Source: Octopus vulgaris
Taxonomy: Eukaryota
NCBI GenBank assembly: GCA_951406725.2
Contig: OX597842.1
Location: 3,844,001-3,908,000 of the forward strand
Length of the DNA stretch: 64,000 nucleotides
Direction of reading: 5' to 3'
Made by a program: the position numbers and the translations under genes. Shown here one piece after another: positions 27,958 through 40,805 of the stretch. The notes under the pieces were generated by a model. It was not told the origin of the DNA and did not search any database. It saw only the letters and a program-made list of their open reading frames with translations. Within the stretch, counting starts at the first letter, position 1, and each line of letters opens with the position of its first letter.

Positions 27958-28381
27958 TGGACCAAAGCAATTTGATGCTAATCTTCAGCCATGTTGAATT
28001 TGAATGAAAGAAGTTGATTTGGACTGTGATTGGTTGAGGAAGGTCACGTGGTGTCAAGGTTTGATGTTGGTACAACCGTGTATCAGTATTGAAAGTTAGT
28101 TGGAAAACATTGCATGGTGAACAAGAAATTGACCACGTGGTTGACAGGAAATTGACCGCGTGGTGGGCAGGAAATCGGTCAGTTTGTTGGAGAAGAGGTA
28201 CGAAGGAGCGGTATGCGCAAGTATATAGTTGTATATATGTGTGTGTGGATGTACTCATGGCTTTCCGCGCATATATGTATATATATGGTTTCGAGTGCGC
28301 ATCCGTACATGGTCGAGTACGCATCCCCCATACATACATATATATATAAATATATACATATATATATGTATATATAAAAAT

Positions 28382-28434
<53 letters not shown>

Positions 28435-28843
28435 GGACATGCGCATACACACGCACATGCATACACATGGGCGCATATACACGCATGCATGCATACTTGC
28501 ACGCCTGTGTATTAGTGTGCACATGCTTGAGTATATATGCGCATAACAAGCATTGGGGTTGGTAAGCGTTGAGAAGTGGTAAGCGTTGGGGATTGGTAAA
28601 AACTGGGAATTGGTAATTGGCGATCCCATTCATGGGGTTGGTTGGTGACGGTGACCTTGGTGCAGTGCAGCAGCTGGTACTAAGGTGGTATATTCGGGTT
28701 GTCGGCAGTCAGGGACTTGGAATTTGCCAGAAGGGCATAACTCTGGTGACAGCAATAAGGTAAATCGTATTTCATGTTGATGGATACTGCGGGTTGCTAG
28801 AGGATATACAGTTTTTCGCAGAGATAGTGTGGGCAGTTGGGGC

Positions 28844-28942
<99 letters not shown>

Positions 28943-29329
28943 ATATAAAAAATATATATGCATATATATATATATATATACATGTACATATACACACATG
29001 CATATATGGAACAGGACGTCACTAACAGTAAACACGATGAAATACGAAAACAAATGAGTTCAATACGTAAACAATGAGAGAAACAAATTGAAAACAGGAC
29101 AAGTGTCACGAAGAGCGACCCTTCGTTAGTTGTTGGCTGTCTATCTATTCTTCATTTCGAGCATTGAACGACAATATGAGTCTTCGAAGACAGTTGCTAC
29201 CAAAAGTACCAAAATGAAATTTTTGATTTATGGAGGGTCAAAGTTGGGAACAAAAACGGGACAATGGAGACATATTATTTGATTGAACACCACGCATCCA
29301 TTTCCAAGTATATATATTACGCACACACA

Positions 29330-29430
<101 letters not shown>

Positions 29431-29473
29431 GCATATGCATTTATATACATATTCATAATCACATCTCTCTGTC

Positions 29474-29554
<81 letters not shown>

Positions 29555-29580
29555 ATGTATGTATGTATGTATGTATGTAT

Positions 29581-29666
<86 letters not shown>

Positions 29667-29762
29667 GGATAGAGTTGAAATTTACAGAAAATCAAAAGAC
29701 GAAGACAGGTGTATAAACAGCAAACAGGTGTATTAGTTTAACGCTCGTGAAGGTGAGAAGCA

Positions 29763-29798
29763 CTTTTACGTTTCGAGCCTACGCTCTTCAACAGAAAG
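29763..29798 (-). ncRNA. Hammerhead-like motif with variant core (CUGUUGA)
   Basis: Minus strand cuuu CUGUUGA a gagc guag gcuc GAAA cg UA aaag. Lies in a repeat (about 29675-29800) homologous to 36205-36395. Confidence 0.5.
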
Positions 29799-30129
29799 GA
29801 ATATATACAGACATACATATGCAGACAGACGGACAAACAGACCGAAAGAGAGAAACAGAAATGCATATAAATATGTATATATATAGGGATTCATGAATAT
29901 AAATGCGCGCGCCCATACGTTGTCTCTCTCTTTCACAGACGCACACATATATTTGTGCGTGTAGTATGTGTGTGTGTTCACACATAAATGTGTGTGTGTG
30001 TGTGTAAATACCAACCCGTTTATCCAAACTTCTCTGCATTAGGTTTACCCCATAAACCACCACCTTACCCTTAATACACATCCAAAAGTTAAATTGCAGA
30101 GCTTCCAGGACGCCATCGTTGCTGTCTGT

Positions 30130-30469
30130 GATAATGGTGGTGGTGGTGGGGGTGTTGATGGTGGTGGTGATGGTGGTGGTGGTGGTGATGGTGGTGGTGG
30201 TGGTGGTGGTGATGGCGGTGGTGATGGTGGTTGTGGTGGTGGTGGTGGTGGTAGTGGTGATGGTGGTGGTGGTGGTGATGGTGGTTGTGGTTGTGGTGGT
30301 GGTGGTGGTGGTGGGCGGTGGTGGTGGTAGTGGTGGTGGTGGTGGTGGTGGTGGTGGTGGTGGTAGTGGTGGTGTGGCGGTGGTAATGGTGGTGGTGGTG
30401 GTGGTGGTGGTGGTCGGGTGGTGGTGGTGGTGGTTCGGGTGGTGGTGGTGGTGGTGGCAGTGGCGGCAG

Positions 30470-30500
<31 letters not shown>

Positions 30501-30560
30501 GGTGGTGGTGGTGGTGGTGGTGGTGGTGGTGGTGGTTGCGGTGGTAGTGGTGGTGGTGGT
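30130..30560. repeat. (GGT)n/(GGC)n tract
   Basis: Directly visible. Confidence 0.93.
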
Positions 30561-31007
30561 ATCGCCGTTTAATGAGCATTCCACCCGCTACATGTAATTG
30601 TCTGTTGCTTTTGAAGTTTCGTTCTGACTGTCGTTTTGTTGTATTACTTGGGTGTGGTAGATAATATATATATATATATACACATGCATTTATATACGTG
30701 CGTTTGTGTGTATACAAACATATAGAGATATACACAGCAGACACACATTTATATAGAGTTAAGTATATACGCACAAGTATAAACAAAAATTTATATATTA
30801 TAAATGTTATGATGTATATATTACCCTATAGTGATGTTGGCATTGTCCGTACGCATACACACTTATATAGAAGTGTATATAGGTACCCATGAATGTACGT
30901 AGATACGTATATGTATATGCACATGCATATTAATATTTATATACATATATATATGTATTTATTTATATATATATACACACACACACATACTCACACATGC
31001 ATAGTTT

Positions 31008-31200
31008 AAGGTGGCGAGCTGGCAGAATCTTTATCACATTATGCAAAATGCTTAGTGGCATTTCATCAGTCTTTCCGTTCTGAGTTCAAATTCCTCCAAG
31101 GTCGACTTTGCCTTTCATTTCTCTTGGGGTACATAAAAGAGGTATCAGTGGAACGCAGGGGTTGATGGAATCAACTTACTCTCTTCTCCGAAATTGCTGA
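31008..31200 (+). mobile_element. SINE family A
   Basis: ggtggcgagctggcagaatc...gagttcaaattcc..ggtcgactttgcctttcat. Confidence 0.82.
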
Positions 31201-31301
31201 TCTAATGTTTATGAACATTAACATATACTTTTATATATATATATATATTAATATAAATATTTTTTGACACATATCTACATGCATATATATGTATATATAA
31301 A

Positions 31302-31990
31302 TTTAAAATGAGGGTGAGAAATTGGATATTAACTTAATTAACATTAATTTAACACCAGTGGTCTAGCATATAAAAATCTGAAGGTTCAGTAAATTGTATT
31401 ATATACATATGAGAGGGATGACCACTGTGGACAACCCTTATGCTAAAAGTAGATCCGCTATGGTCTTACCACTAAGAAATGTTCTCAAGAAAAAATTCAG
31501 CAAATACCGGAACATAAGTGAGCAAGACAAATGAAAAGCAACAAAAATATAGATTATTCACATACATGTTTCACTATTAACAGATTACGTAATTTTACTT
31601 ACGCAATTTGTCTGTAGATCTTCGGTGTCACCGTCCATACAAATATAATTTGCAGAACTATATACGGGGACGTCTGCACAACGTTTGACCTGTATATAGT
31701 TCTACCTATTACACTCGGGGTTACTTTCCAAATGTCTTCGTTTTGGCGCGCTAAATTACCGGAAACTAAAACTGCAGAAAATAATTTACTGCAGTGGCTT
31801 TTGCCGGTTAGAGAACGTATTAATTTAAACTTAAATTTTAAAATGAGGGTGAGAAATTGGATACTAATTTGATTAACATCAATTTCACACCAGTGGTCTA
31901 TCATATAAAAATCTGAAGGTTCAGTAAATTGTATTATATACCTATGAGAGCGATGACCACTGTGGACAACCCTAATGCTAGAAGTAGATC
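31302..31990 (-). mobile_element. Partial-tandem (535-bp period) Penelope-like/retrozyme-like repeat
   Basis: 154-bp direct repeats at 31302-31455 and 31837-31990 enclose a minus-strand hammerhead-like motif. Related fragments occur near 34795-35040 and 40840-40940. Confidence 0.6.
31560..31628 (-). ncRNA. Degenerate type I hammerhead (U4C core variant)
   Basis: Minus strand aca CCGAAGA [extended stem II: cua/uag, acaga/ucugu, uugcguaa/uuacguaa] GAAA caug UA ugu. Stem III is the palindrome ACAUGU. Confidence 0.5.
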
Positions 31991-32029
31991 GTAAGTACGA
32001 TGTTCTAACCACTTAGCCATGCGCCTTCA

Positions 32030-32763
32030 AAATAAAGGGCACAGTGAAAACTAATATGCACATGACAAATTTTGCAACACCACTACATCATATATGAAAA
32101 ATGACATCGCCTAAATGTCAGCTATTTTCGGCTTTGCACACCCGTGCTCTTTCCAAAACTTGCACCATAACACCAGTTATTTCTCTGATTTCTCTATTGA
32201 TGTTCTTCAGTTGCACCTGGGACTCGGGTTTGTTGACGCAATCCCTCTCTTTCAGATATCCATGACTGAGACATTTTTTTGCGCCCGGCCGTTCAAAGTA
32301 GACCTCACACATGGTTCCAACTGCTCATACTCCAAGAAAAACAAAGCAGTTGCTACGGCAGTGCTTTGGAGAGAGAATAATCTCCTGCTACGGCAATGTC
32401 AACAGGACTTCGTGTTCCCCAGACTTGACTAGCCCGGATTTTTTCTTGTGGGGATACCTGAAAGAGAGGGTTGACGTCAACAACCTGGAGACCCTGGTGT
32501 AACTGAAGGAAATCATCAATAGAGAAATCAGAGAAGCAGGGTCTGAAACTATTGAGGGTGTTATGATGCATGTTTTAGAAAGAGCACGGTCGTGTGAAGC
32601 TGAAAATAGCTGCCATTTAAGCGATGTCAATTTTCATATGTGATGTAGTGGTGTTGCAAAATTTGACTTGTGCATATCAATTTCCATTATGTCCTTTACA
32701 TTGCACCAAACCTTCATGCATTTATTTTTAAAGTTAAGGAAGTGACTTTTGGGACACATTGTG
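32030..32763. mobile_element. Tc1/mariner transposase 3' end present twice in inverted orientation
   Basis: Plus strand SPDLTSPDFFLWGYLKERV (32311-32502) and onward; minus strand GYLKERDCVNKPES...VLERARVCKAENS (32118-32312). The right end ttttgggacacattgtg resembles a Tc1 TIR. Confidence 0.8.
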
Positions 32764-32847
32764 TGAGTATATATATATATATATAAATGTATGTGTATTT
32801 TTTCAATGTGTACAAATAACGCGGAAAAAAGAAATAGTTATATATAT

Positions 32848-33003
32848 GCGACTGGTTTCTCTCAGTTTCCATCAACCAAATCCACTCACAAGGTTTTGAT
32901 TGGACCAAGGCTAGAGTGGAAGACACTAGCCCAAAGTACCACACAGTGGAACTGAACCCGGAACCATGTGGTTGGGAAGCAAACCTCTTACTACACAGCC
33001 ATA
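32848..33003 (-). mobile_element. SINE family B, 5' half
   Basis: tttccatcaaccaaatccactcacaagg...actgaacccggaaccatgtggttgggaagc. Confidence 0.82.
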
Positions 33004-33698
33004 CGTATGTGGTAAAAAATTATATACAATATTAATGTTTATATTGATATAAACATATATATGCTTACACACACATACACACACACAAATATATACACGC
33101 ACACACCCGTGCACGCACGAAATATATTTATGAGTGTGAGAGTTATTTTTTCGTGTCTACACACACAATTATGAACAAAGCTCGATATTGTAATCCGAGA
33201 TTTGGAACCGGTTCCGAAATTCCATTTGTTATTGTTATTGTTGTTGTTGTTGCTATGCTCCTTTCAAATGCCTTATACATATTCATGCGCATACGCGTGC
33301 ACAGCGTGGGAGAATGACAAGGTAGACATGTACACAACCACCCCTATCCACACACCATATAAACATATATACATACATATATATACATACATACGCATAC
33401 ATATACACACACATATATATATATGTATAAATGTATTATTATGATAATTAGGCATTTGTATGTTTGTATATGTTTATGTATGTCCCTTTGTGTCAGTTAT
33501 ATAACATGTTTCTATATCAATACACGAAAAAAAAAGTAACTGTTCAGTGGATTTATATACATATATATATGTGTGAATATATACATACATACATATATAT
33601 AGACATGTATGTATATATACATATATACATATATATACATATATATATATATATGTATGTTTATACATATGTATGTTTCTATATATATATATAATATA

Positions 33699-33735
<37 letters not shown>

Positions 33736-33847
33736 ATATATATATGTATATATATATATATACTTACATATATATACATATGCATATATATATACATATA
33801 TATACATATATATAGAGACAGACAGATAGATAGATAGATGGAGTCAG

Positions 33848-33886
<39 letters not shown>

Positions 33887-34512
33887 ATATACAGAGAAAT
33901 GGAGAGAGATAAATAGATAGGTATGTTGACTGATATATATCTGAACGGCAGAGAGATCATTTTTCAGAAGATTGTGAAAAATGTATAAAGTAGACATATT
34001 CGAATCTCAACACCTAAGACTTGTCATAGCGTTCTAACATCATTTCTTGTACATATCATAGCGATTTGTTACAAATATTTTTACCCATAAGTGTCATATT
34101 CACACATAACTTTGTCAAAGTTTTAAATTCTGTGAACCTCGTGTATTTATTGCGTAAGGAATGGTTATTGCCAAAACGGAGACAGGAAATATAATCCTTC
34201 GCTAAGATTCCAAACGGAATTTTCTGTTGCCAATGCCAGGTTCCTATCTAGCTTGAGAGGCGCTGTAGAGTTTCAGAACCTGATCAGCCAAGAGTGATTG
34301 CATGTGATATTTCATGGCCGTTGACGTGTTTTGAAATATTCTCACAGTGGCAGATTTCCATGCAATATTCTGGTAATCTTTTCTAACTCTTTGCCTACCA
34401 TCAAAGTCACTTGTGACTCCCTACGCTATATTCGTAATATACCACGGGAGTCAGCGTTGACTCCCCAAATCATTGCCTTTTTCTCAGAGCCTCCAAAGTG
34501 AACACCCTGTTG

Positions 34513-34537
<25 letters not shown>

Positions 34538-34543
<6 letters not shown>

Positions 34544-34668
34544 TATATAGAAGGAGCTTCTACAGGACTAGAACTGTTTCATTCAAAAGAAATCATCAAG
34601 AGCTTTCTGATGATTTCATTTGAATGAAACAGTTCTAGTCCTGTAGAAGCTCCTTCTATATAATAAAT
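34538..34668. repeat. Inverted repeat (~60-bp arms) with a hammerhead-like core
   Basis: The arms are near-perfect reverse complements around agagctttc. The right arm carries CTGATGA (34607-34613) ttc/gaa GAAA (34626-34629). Flanked by (TA)n. Confidence 0.8.
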
Positions 34669-34733
34669 TAATTTACTCTGCTATGTATTGAGTACCTTAT
34701 TTACTGTGGTTAACCCCGACTCAACCCGGGACC

Positions 34734-34797
<64 letters not shown>

Positions 34798-35058
34798 AAT
34801 TAAATAATAAGGGTAGAAATTGATGTTAATTAAACCAGTGGCTTAGCATATTTATAAATATTTAAAAATATGCTAAACATATGCTAAATGGCTTAGCAAA
34901 TTTAAAATATCCGAAGATTAAAAATTGTGATACATATAAAATTAAGAGGAATGACCACTAAAGTGGACAGCCTATATGCTAAACATAGACGACAAATCGG
35001 CATTACCACGAAGAATGTGTTCTCAAGAAAAAATCTCACTTTAGTGGTCATTCCTATA

Positions 35059-35089
<31 letters not shown>

Positions 35090-35430
35090 AATATAAATAT
35101 AAATATAATTGGATACAACTCACCCAACAAAAACTCACTGCTTGAATGGACCATAAACAAAACTTGACTTAAACAGGATTTAGATAATCCTATTAGGTGG
35201 TGCTATTAAGTTAGACATGGCCTGGACCAATCTTTGGTCGAAACATATCAAAGTTTATATATATATATATATATATATATGCATGGATATATAAGCATAA
35301 ATATATATATGTATATATATATGGTGGGCTTTAGAGTCTGACGAGACGTTCACGGGGCTAAGACCTTTGTAGATACCAAACGATTGGTTTTTCTATGACC
35401 GGACAGGGACTTAACTACTTATAAATAAAT

Positions 35431-35504
<74 letters not shown>

Positions 35505-35582
35505 CTTCACACACACACACGCACAAACACACTAAAACACACTTACACACACATATGTTAAGTAATGGAGTTGATAAGATTC

Positions 35583-35668
35583 GGGTTACATATGTTTCAT
35601 AACGAGTGGGACCTTGGAAGTGGTAAACGTCCAAGCGAGGAGTAAACCGCAGGCTATTCTTCAGGCCA
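35583..35668 (-). ncRNA. Type I hammerhead motif, long stem II
   Basis: Minus strand ggc CUGAAGA auagc...guuau GAAA cauaug UA acc. Stem III is the palindrome ACAUAUGU. The first stem I pair is mismatched. Confidence 0.6.
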
Positions 35669-35837
35669 AGGGTATCTCGATTGGATGAATGTTTACATCG
35701 TCGCAAGGAAGTACATGTTAACACATGGAAGATTCGGTCAGAATGTGACACATTCAGACACATTCTGATCGAATCTTCCATGTGTTAACATGTACCCACT
35801 TGCGCCAATGTAAACTTTCATTCAATCGAGATACCCC

Positions 35838-35923
35838 TGGTCTGACGAGTAACCTGCAGTATACACCTCGCTTGGACGTTTACCCCTTCCGAGGTTCCGC
35901 TATCTATGAAATATATGTAGCCC
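35838..35923 (+). ncRNA. Type I hammerhead motif, long stem II (partner arm)
   Basis: ggu CUGACGA gua...uau GAAA uauaug UA gcc. Confidence 0.55.
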
Positions 35924-36156
35924 GGATCTTACCAACTCCATTCCTTAATTTTTTTTATTCTTATTCGCATACCTGACAAGCCTGGTTTCCTACCGTGAAA
36001 TATCAAAGGAAGTTTTTCAGCTTATCGTACTTCCATACAAAAAAATCCGCAACCTTCCGCTTCAATAAACCACTGTTGTTCCTGAAAGCTGTTTTCTATT
36101 TGTACTGCAGATTGCTTGCAGCTAACTTTCTTATAACACCTCGAACCTCCTTGGAT

Positions 36157-36206
<50 letters not shown>

Positions 36207-36267
36207 TCGCAATGATAGATCGCTAGTCACTACACATTTTTTTCTCTCCTTGTTTCTTTCTCTATTC

Positions 36268-36303
36268 CTTTCTGTGGAAGAGCATAGGCTCGAAACATTA
36301 AAG
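36268..36303 (+). ncRNA. Hammerhead-like motif with variant core (CUGUGGA)
   Basis: cuuu CUGUGGA a gagc auag gcuc GAAA ca UU aaag. Same family as 29763-29798. Confidence 0.45.
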
Positions 36304-36392
36304 ACTTTTTCACTCCCCGAGCGTTATACTAATACTTCTGTTTGCTGTCTACACCACCTGCCTTCGTCTTTTGTTTTTTTGTTAATTCTCCC

Positions 36393-36604
<212 letters not shown>

Positions 36605-36638
36605 GTATGTATGAATTTATGTATTTATTTTTTTTTCT

Positions 36639-36894
36639 TCTTTTACTTGTTTCAGTCATTTGATTGCGGCCATGCTCGAGCATCACAAACACAAGACACA
36701 CAAGCACATATATATATACACTCACACACATGTATAATAGGCTTCTTTCAGTTTCCGTCTATCAAATCCACTCACAAAGCGTTTTGTCTGCCCCAGGCTA
36801 GAGTAGAAAACACTTGTCCAAGGTGCCACGCAATGGGTTTGAACCCGGAAACATGTGGTTGGGAAACAAGCTTCTTGACAGAACCACGCCTGCA
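36639..36894 (-). mobile_element. SINE family B, internally deleted
   Basis: Tail and head present, middle part missing. Confidence 0.8.
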
Positions 36895-37477
36895 CGTACA
36901 TACATATTTATATATATATATATATGTCATCCGAACTACCACCATCACTGCAACCTGTGGAATTACCATCACAATCCCCTCACTCCACTTTCACCGTCAC
37001 ACCCCAGAATACCCAGCCCCCACCCCTAGTACCACCCCTACCCTGGACAGTACATCTACCCTGTCTCCGAAACAGTATAACCAGATATAAGCTACCTGCT
37101 AATGAGAAGACAAGGCGGATGATACCCCTAATTCGGCGTCTTCCCAGGCGCCCCTACCCGTTATATACCCGATGTCAGTCTGCTCCAGGGACCCAGCTCT
37201 TTGCAAAGTGTGTTTTGATTGCAGTAAAAGCAGCCTCATCTCCCTAAAGGGCTTGTCCCGTCCATAAAGATAAGCAAATCTAAGCGGAGTTTAAACTCGG
37301 GTGTGGTTGGCTTACACACACGTACACATATTTATGAATATGTGAATATGAATAGAGAGTGCGTGTGCGCGCGTGTCTATATATATATAGATAGATATAG
37401 ATATATAAATACAAAAATATATACAAATATATGAACATTTATAAATGTATATGTATATATATGTCTGTATATATACA

Positions 37478-37513
<36 letters not shown>

Positions 37514-37515
37514 TG

Positions 37516-37567
<52 letters not shown>

Positions 37568-37861
37568 CATATATAGATGCATGTACATACGCACTCGCTC
37601 ACATAAAACTTCCTATTTACTCACATGCATATATATGGTTCTCCTATGTGTATGCCTGTAGGTGTGCATGTGAGTATAATAGTTTTAGTGTATGTATAAC
37701 GGTGTGTGTACAGACATGTAATGCAAACAAACGGATGCTGGTGCACTGGTGCTCACATGTACTTTAGCGTCCCAACCATATTATGTTCCCACAGTTATCT
37801 TCTGCGAATGTATTTTTCATTAGTTTCTGAATAAAATATTATTTTTAAATAGCATTATGTT

Positions 37862-37910
<49 letters not shown>

Positions 37911-37954
37911 CCCCCCCCCCACACATATATATATATATATATTATATATAGAGA

Positions 37955-38150
37955 GAATCGTTGGCACGCCGGGCAAGATGCTTTGCGTCATTTTACCCAT
38001 CACTACATTCTGAGTTCAAATTCCGCTGAGGTCGACCTTGCCTTTCATCTTTTCAGGGTCGATAAATTAAGTACTAGTTGAGTACTGGGGATCGATGTAA
38101 TCGACTTAGCCTCTCCTCACAAATTTAGTGCTTTGTGCCTATAATAGAAA
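37955..38150 (+). mobile_element. SINE family A
   Basis: gaatcgttggcacgccgggc...gagttcaaattccgctgaggtcgaccttgcctttcat. Confidence 0.82.
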
Positions 38151-38201
38151 GTATTATTATTATTATTATTACTATTATTATTATTATCATCATCATCATC
38201 A

Positions 38202-38254
<53 letters not shown>

Positions 38255-38265
38255 GTTATTATTAT

Positions 38266-38783
38266 TGAGTGAGAGAGCAGTACATGCCATCAAAGTGACA
38301 CTGGGGGTAAAATATTCGAAGCCCAGTATACCCATCATGACTACCCAGCTGATAAGGGTACACCAGGCACATGCATCACAACCATATGTGCGCGCGACAT
38401 GGGGATCTCATATCAAGATAAACGCATGACCTTGCAGGTCGAATAGCCCATCCCGCTAAAAAGTTCCCTGAATAAGGATTGTTTAAGGGTGTTGAAAGAA
38501 CCACCCATGTTTCCAAAGGTGAATTATCCAAATTTCTAAGAATCCCTCTCAACACACGGCTATGATGTTCCCCCACTACTTCTGCTCGTGATCAGAGATG
38601 CACATATCGTCAGCCACTAAGGGACATGCTCAACTGGTTAAGGTCAAACAACTGACAAGCAAATCTGTGGTATTGAGCAGAATATTTGCTGTAATCCATC
38701 TTTTATACCAAGACAAAACAAGGGACATGGTAACACTTGCAATCAGAAGCCACGAGAGCCAGTGCCTGGTACTGCATCGGGGC
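38266..38783 (-). mobile_element. Non-autonomous (AAT)n-associated repeat, both ends present
   Basis: Flanked on both sides by (ATT)n. Homologous to 1879-2322 and 18760-19230. Confidence 0.8.
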
Positions 38784-38835
<52 letters not shown>

Positions 38836-38837
38836 AC

Positions 38838-39160
38838 GCTGGCTAACACGTAAAATTTTTTGTAGCGTTTCGTCCGTCCTTACGTTCTGAGTTCAAATTC
38901 CGCCTATGTCGATGAAATAAATACCACTGGCGTACTGGGGTCCATGTAATCGACTAGGCCCCTCCCCCAAATTTCAGGCCTTGTGCTAGGATTATTATTG
39001 CTGCTGTTGTTGTTGTTTTGTTGTTGTTATTAAGGCGGCGAGCTGGCAGAGTCGTTAGCACGGCGGGGTAAAATGCTTAGTCGCGTTTACTCCGTCTTCA
39101 CATTTTGAGTTCAATTTTCGCCGAGGTCGACTTTGCTTTTCATCTTTCGCGGTCGACAAA
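38838..39160 (+). mobile_element. Two adjacent SINE family A copies (38838-38990, 39032-39160)
   Basis: Two B boxes (gagttcaaattcc, gagttcaatttt). The second copy starts ggcggcgagctggcagagtcgttagc. Confidence 0.75.
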
Positions 39161-39610
39161 ATATACCCATCATGACTACCCGTCTGCTAAGGGTATACCA
39201 GGCACATGCATCACAACCATATGTGCGCGACATGGTGATCTCATATCAAGATAAACCAGGAACATGCATCATAGAACCCTGGAGTCGAAGTAATCGACTT
39301 CCTCCCTTCCTCGAAATTGGTGGACTTTTGCAAAAATTTGAAATCATTATAATTTATTTTCTTTTTCTTTTTATCTCAGGTTTTGTTGTAACTCTTGCAT
39401 GCGTAGCGCGCTATTATTTACAGTGGTTTCATTCCGCTCCATGCGACTTAGAGTTTCGTAAGCTTCTAACAGAAACCCGTCTTATTTAGGCATAGATTAC
39501 TGGAAAACGGGTCGCTATTGGTCGTGTATGAGTGCCATTTTCTTTCATTTGTCCACTCAGTCACGTGTATGTATTCGTGTATATCTATGCCCATCTATCT
39601 ATCTATCTAT

Positions 39611-40611
39611 AGGGGAGGTACGACGACGAGCTCGGGACGAACCTGAACGTCGACGAGGAGTACCTGACCCGCCTGTTCAGGACGACTTTCGGGCCAGGGC
39701 CCATGGACAACTTCCAGAGATCCCTGGCCTGGCAGTGCTACCGAGAAGCGCTACCCATTCGGGATAAGCTCTACAGACACGGCTCGAGAAACACGGGGTC
39801 GACCTGCCCGAGATGCGGTCAGAGCGACGAAACCGTTCTGCACGCACTCGTTCAGTGTCCAACAATTTCCGACCTGTGGGCTTATGTCGAACAACTGCTG
39901 TCACGTGTGGGACGAGTCGGTTTATCAGCTGAGTCTATCGTCAATATTGTCACGCCTCCTTCCTTCAAACGGGAAGGAAGAGCTATTTTCATCATGCTTG
40001 TGGCTATGGCGAAAGAATGTATCTGGTGGACGCATCTGAAAGGATTGGAGACAAACACTTTCCTCTCTGGTCAATCTCTCATCAACTTCTTCAAGTACCA
40101 CTTGAAAAGGAAAGTGAGAGTAGAGAGGCAAGTTTTGTCTAGCGAATGTTTTAAAAAAAGATGGGTGAATGTAGCAAGAATGGCACGTATGAATGACGAA
40201 GCCACCTTGAGCATAATCCTATGAACCCAGAAATTGAAAACAGAGATTTGCTTATTTGCAAAAAAAAAAAAAAAAAAAAAAAGAAATATAAAATGTGACT
40301 TCATTGACCGAGGTTACCGTGGTCTTTTCCGTAGGCTTTTCTTTCCACGGGTAAACCTCACCTGTCCTCCCTTTACACTTCATATTGACATTTCTGTGAT
40401 AACGATCCCTATTGATCAATTTTTTTTTCCTCTCCCCCTTTTTTAACCCCCCTTTTGTCCTCTTTCTCTCCTTTTACGATCCCTTTTGATCGAAACTCCC
40501 CCTTCCTTTTTTTTTTTTTTTTTTTTTTTTATTTATTAAACCTTCAAAAGAAAAGCTCTACCTTGTAATTTGTTCTATCTGTGTGCAGCCCTGTGTGGCT
40601 AATAAAGAAAC
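39611..40611 (+). mobile_element. Tx1/L1-like LINE, 5'-truncated, inserted in (TATC)n
   Basis: ORF2 C-terminus, 3' UTR and an aataaagaaac end, with (TATC)n on both flanks. Confidence 0.88.
39703..40224 (+). CDS. LINE ORF2 C-terminus with CCHC zinc knuckle (zf-RVT-like)
   Basis: AWQCYREALP...CPRCGQSDETVLHALVQC..LW...CIWW matches the L1/Tx1 pattern W...LP...CxxC....ET..H....C. Confidence 0.8.
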   Translation: MDNFQRSLAWQCYREALPIRDKLYRHGSRNTGSTCPRCGQSDETVLHALVQCPTISDLWAYVEQLLSRVGRVGLSAESIVNIVTPPSFKREGRAIFIMLVAMAKECIWWTHLKGLETNTFLSGQSLINFFKYHLKRKVRVERQVLSSECFKKRWVNVARMARMNDEATLSIIL

Positions 40612-40612
40612 A

Positions 40613-40697
<85 letters not shown>

Positions 40698-40718
40698 ATA
40701 TATATATATATATTTATA

Positions 40719-40805
<87 letters not shown>

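Larger units (their letters stand above)
35558..35948. repeat. Inverted repeat with ~190-bp diverged arms, each carrying a hammerhead motif
   Basis: Arms 35558-35747 and 35759-35948. The inner ~40 bp is almost perfect and the outer parts are diverged. Confidence 0.88.

Noticed and set aside
28660-28765. Possible host exon ending at ag/gtaaat
   Set aside because: No convincing acceptor site or recognisable peptide in any frame.
33960-34512. Possible DNA transposon end (cagggtgttcact on the minus strand, gggagtca hairpin)
   Set aside because: No matching second TIR or transposase motif was found in the window.
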